Below, piece after piece: positions 38,152 through 41,033 of a stretch of 41,033 nucleotides of DNA. Every line of letters starts with the position of its first letter. Positions within the stretch are counted from its first letter, which is position 1. This DNA is from Candidatus Poribacteria bacterium (GTDB lineage: Bacteria; Poribacteria; WGA-4E; JAJRTO01). The translations under genes were made by a program, and so were the position numbers. Location of the stretch: positions 1 to 41,033 of the forward strand of contig JAJRTO010000046.1 of NCBI GenBank assembly GCA_024278235.1, in the 5' to 3' direction. Under the pieces are notes generated by a model. It saw nothing but the letters and a program-made list of their open reading frames with translations, searched no databases and was not told the DNA's origin.

Positions 38152-39297
38152 ATGCAAACCAATATGCTCGGGGCTTATGGGCCGTGGGCGGCATCGATCG
38201 TAGGGGATGATCCCGCGAGACTCTCGTTTCGACTCGGTCGATGGAAGGATCTGGAGGAATGGCGCGCGGTTGCCAAACAGCGGCTCATGGATTGTCTTGC
38301 TCCACCTGACACGGGTGGAGTGCCGGAAGTGACGGTGCATCGCAAGTTTCATTATGATGGACTCCACGTCGAAGAACTGTCCTGGCAGTTGCCCTACGGT
38401 CCTCCAACCCAAGCGATTTTCCTGAAACCGGAGGGTTCCACTGGCAGACACCCGGGTATCCTTGCGCTGCATGATCATGCCGGCAAGAAGTACTTTGGCA
38501 AGCGAAAAATAGCGAGAACTGCGGATGAATGGCACCCGATGATGCTCGAACATTGCGACCAATGCTATGGCGGTGTGTCATGGGCGAATGAGATCGCCAA
38601 ACGAGGGTATGCTGTCCTGATCCACGATGCGTTTCCATTCGCGAGCCGACGTGTGCTGTTGAAAGATGTCCCTGAGAAGATCCGGGGAAATCTATCGGAC
38701 GAAGATCCTGAGAACCCACGGAATATCGAAGCCTACAATCGATGGGCAGCGAGCCATGAATCGATCATGGCTAAATCTCTCTTCTGCGCGGGAACGACCT
38801 GGCCGGGGGTATTCCTTGCGGAAGACCAACGTGCCCTGGATGTCCTTTGCGCCCGGGAGGATGTCGATGAAAACAGAGTGGGTTGTGCCGGGCTTTCAGG
38901 CGGAGGGATGCGCACAACATTCCTGGGAGGAACCGATCCTCGAATACGATGTGCTATCTGTGTGGGGTTGATGTGTACCTGGCGTGATTATCTGTTGCAC
39001 AAATGTTTCACCCATACATGGATGGTTTATGTCCCATTGCTCCCCCGTGATCTCGATTATCCGGAGATCCTGGGATTGCGCGTACCACTACCGACCTTTG
39101 TACAGAACAACATCAGCGATCCTTTGTTCACCTTACCTGAGATGGAGAGGGCTGATGTCATCTTGCGTGAGGTGTACAGAAAAGCAGGGGCGGAGGAAAA
39201 CTATCGATGTGAGTTTTACCCGGGTCCTCACAAATTCGACCTGGAGATGCAAGCAGAGGCATTTGATTGGTTCGACCGGTGGCTCACTGAAGACTAA
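38152..39297 (+). CDS. Alpha/beta hydrolase (dienelactone hydrolase/acetylxylan esterase-like)
   Basis: LALHDH, nucleophile elbow GLSGGG, D.LF, GPHKF. Confidence 0.88.
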   Translation: MQTNMLGAYGPWAASIVGDDPARLSFRLGRWKDLEEWRAVAKQRLMDCLAPPDTGGVPEVTVHRKFHYDGLHVEELSWQLPYGPPTQAIFLKPEGSTGRHPGILALHDHAGKKYFGKRKIARTADEWHPMMLEHCDQCYGGVSWANEIAKRGYAVLIHDAFPFASRRVLLKDVPEKIRGNLSDEDPENPRNIEAYNRWAASHESIMAKSLFCAGTTWPGVFLAEDQRALDVLCAREDVDENRVGCAGLSGGGMRTTFLGGTDPRIRCAICVGLMCTWRDYLLHKCFTHTWMVYVPLLPRDLDYPEILGLRVPLPTFVQNNISDPLFTLPEMERADVILREVYRKAGAEENYRCEFYPGPHKFDLEMQAEAFDWFDRWLTED

Positions 39298-39312
39298 CGA
39301 TAAGGAATATCT

Positions 39313-40803
39313 ATGGCACATCCCAATATTCTTCTCATTTTCACGGATCAACAGCGAGGCGACACTATCCATGCCGCTGGCAATCCTGTCATCAAAACAC
39401 CCCATCTGGATCGCCTTGTTCGGGAAGGTGTGCATTTCAGGAGCGCTTACACCCCCTCTCCGGTTTGTGTTTCGGCGCGCTGTTCGCTGATTCACGGACA
39501 GTATCCCCACAATACGGGGTGTTTTGACAACGGTTTCCGCATGCCACAGGATAGACCAACTTTTATGCAGTTATTCACTGAAGCTGGTTACCGGACACAC
39601 GGCATTGGGAAGATGCATTTCAATCCCGATCCGCGTGGGCTGCGTGGATTTCAAGCCCGGGAATATCAGGAAGAGATGGGCGGGCAGATAAAACAGAACG
39701 ATTACCTGGAATTCCTGCACGCCAACGGCTTCGAGCACGTTTATGATCCGATGGGCCAGAGGGGGGAGATGTACTATATCCCTCAGCCGGCACAGATGCC
39801 AGCCAGATTTCATGCAACGAACTGGGTTGGCGATAGGGCAACCGACTTCATCCGGGATGTGGGTTCCTCACCGCCCTTCCTCCTCTTCACCAGTTTCATC
39901 CATCCGCATCCCCCGTTTTCACCGCCGACACCGTGGAACAAACTCTACCGTGGCGCGCTCATGCCACTCCCCAAACGTCCTGAAGACTATGAAACGCTCC
40001 ACACATACGCGAACCGACATCAGAACCGGTATAAATATCGGGACAACGGGATCGACAACAATCTCCTCCGGGTTATGAGAGCCTACTACTATGCGTGTAT
40101 TTCGTTCATCGACTTTCAGGTTGGCCGGATCCTCCAGGCCCTCGAAGATACAGATCAGCTCGACAACACGCTTATCCTCTACACTTCGGATCATGGGGAG
40201 TTCCTGGGCGATTACAATTGCTTTGGGAAGCGAAGTATGCTCGATGCCTCAGCGAGGATTCCGATGATCGTGAGGTTCCCTGAGCGGTTTACATCGGGAC
40301 AGGTTTGTGAGATCCCGACGAGCCTCGTCGATGTGATGCCGACGTTTCTGAACGCGGCAGGCATAGACGCAGCTACGTGCGATTTGGACGGCATCGATCT
40401 CGCGGAGATCGCAGCCGGTGAAAACAACGGCGCCTACCGTGACAGGTTGGTCTACAGCGAATATCAGCGGGATGCTCTTGGTGTCTACATGGCCGTAAAC
40501 CGGCAATGGAAATACTTCTATTCCTCACCGGATCGTCGCGAGTTTCTGTTTGACAGAAGGACAGACCCCGATGAAACACGGAATCGTGCAGGACTGAGTC
40601 TCTGTCATCACAATCTACAACAGATGCGAACAGGACTTCATGAATACTATCGGCGGGAAGGATTTACAGATCCGCTGGAGGATGATCGTTGGAAGTTGTA
40701 CCCGCAGCCTGCCCTCCCGGTGAATCCGGATGCAGGGCTGCTGATCCAGGATGCGCGTTGGGCCGCGCCCTACCAGGCGATCCCCGGATACACGGATAGC
40801 TAA
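39313..40803 (+). CDS. Formylglycine-type sulfatase
   Basis: PNIL.IFTDQQR, PVCVSAR, GKMH, HPHPP, YTSDHGE, GKR, SLVDVMPT. Confidence 0.93.
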   Translation: MAHPNILLIFTDQQRGDTIHAAGNPVIKTPHLDRLVREGVHFRSAYTPSPVCVSARCSLIHGQYPHNTGCFDNGFRMPQDRPTFMQLFTEAGYRTHGIGKMHFNPDPRGLRGFQAREYQEEMGGQIKQNDYLEFLHANGFEHVYDPMGQRGEMYYIPQPAQMPARFHATNWVGDRATDFIRDVGSSPPFLLFTSFIHPHPPFSPPTPWNKLYRGALMPLPKRPEDYETLHTYANRHQNRYKYRDNGIDNNLLRVMRAYYYACISFIDFQVGRILQALEDTDQLDNTLILYTSDHGEFLGDYNCFGKRSMLDASARIPMIVRFPERFTSGQVCEIPTSLVDVMPTFLNAAGIDAATCDLDGIDLAEIAAGENNGAYRDRLVYSEYQRDALGVYMAVNRQWKYFYSSPDRREFLFDRRTDPDETRNRAGLSLCHHNLQQMRTGLHEYYRREGFTDPLEDDRWKLYPQPALPVNPDAGLLIQDARWAAPYQAIPGYTDS

Positions 40804-40884
40804 TTCATAAGCTGTGCTTTGGCTGGAAACGAACGGGAAGGGCGAAAGGCAGGAAGACTGGAAGGCCGGAAGAGTCGGGAGCCG

Positions 40885-41033
40885 GTTTTCACTTACGGCG
40901 GAAGTAGAGCATGCTGCCAGCGTGTTCTCCGGATTCCGTATTATGAACGAGCAAGCTGCACGCTCTACAGGACTCACTGAAAAACCCGCGTTCCACTTAC
41001 GGCGGAAGTAGAGCATGCTGCCAGCGTGTTCTC
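40885..41033. repeat. Tandem REP/BIME-like array (104-bp period), truncated by the window end
   Basis: 40-bp CACTTACGGCGGAAGTAGAGCATGCTGCCAGCGTGTTCTC at 40890-40929 and 40994-41033, with inverted GAGCAAGCTGCACGCTCTAC (40949-40968) and CTCACTGAAAAAC between them. Confidence 0.85.

Noticed and set aside
39460-39485. Non-canonical sulfatase motif CVSAR as a sign of inactivity
   Set aside because: Cys and Arg are retained and variation at the middle position is known in formylglycine sulfatases.
40890-41033. CRISPR array
   Set aside because: Only two 40-bp copies; the intervening sequence contains an inverted REP copy also present at 26774-26814; no cas genes in the window.

Overview
Bacterial chromosomal window, most likely Candidatus Poribacteria (inferred from LamG and other secreted proteins ending in a 'GKL..TW..LK' motif, a dockerin plus 'NYPNPFNPETWIP' C-terminal domain, and many TPR, sulfatase and Gfo genes). 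From left to right it holds: a selenocysteine-containing selD with a SECIS hairpin; an MtaA/CmuA methyltransferase and an EamA transporter; a ~15.5-kb minus-strand gene run; an ICMT/LmtA-like methyltransferase, a LamG protein, a DUF442 lipoprotein and comM; a GC-rich GH123-like gene; a ceramidase-like/nitrilase/Zn-dehydrogenase catabolic trio; two tandem orphan DNA methyltransferases; rsmB-fusA paralog-GT9; and Gfo oxidoreductase-hydrolase-sulfatase. The 15.5-kb run encodes a cyclophilin-like protein, a tail-anchored protein, a secreted protein, a 20-aa-repeat protein fused to a 2-TM channel, a secreted caspase-PEGA-beta-barrel protein, a dockerin metalloprotease, a TPR lipoprotein, an ECF sigma/anti-sigma pair and a ~1,540-aa TPR gene broken by one frameshift and two stops. 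Several intergenic regions carry GTAG-headed REP-like doublets. No rRNA, tRNA, CRISPR array or intact transposase is visible. The best candidate for an undescribed system is the caspase/repeat-channel/metalloprotease/ECF/TPR envelope operon.
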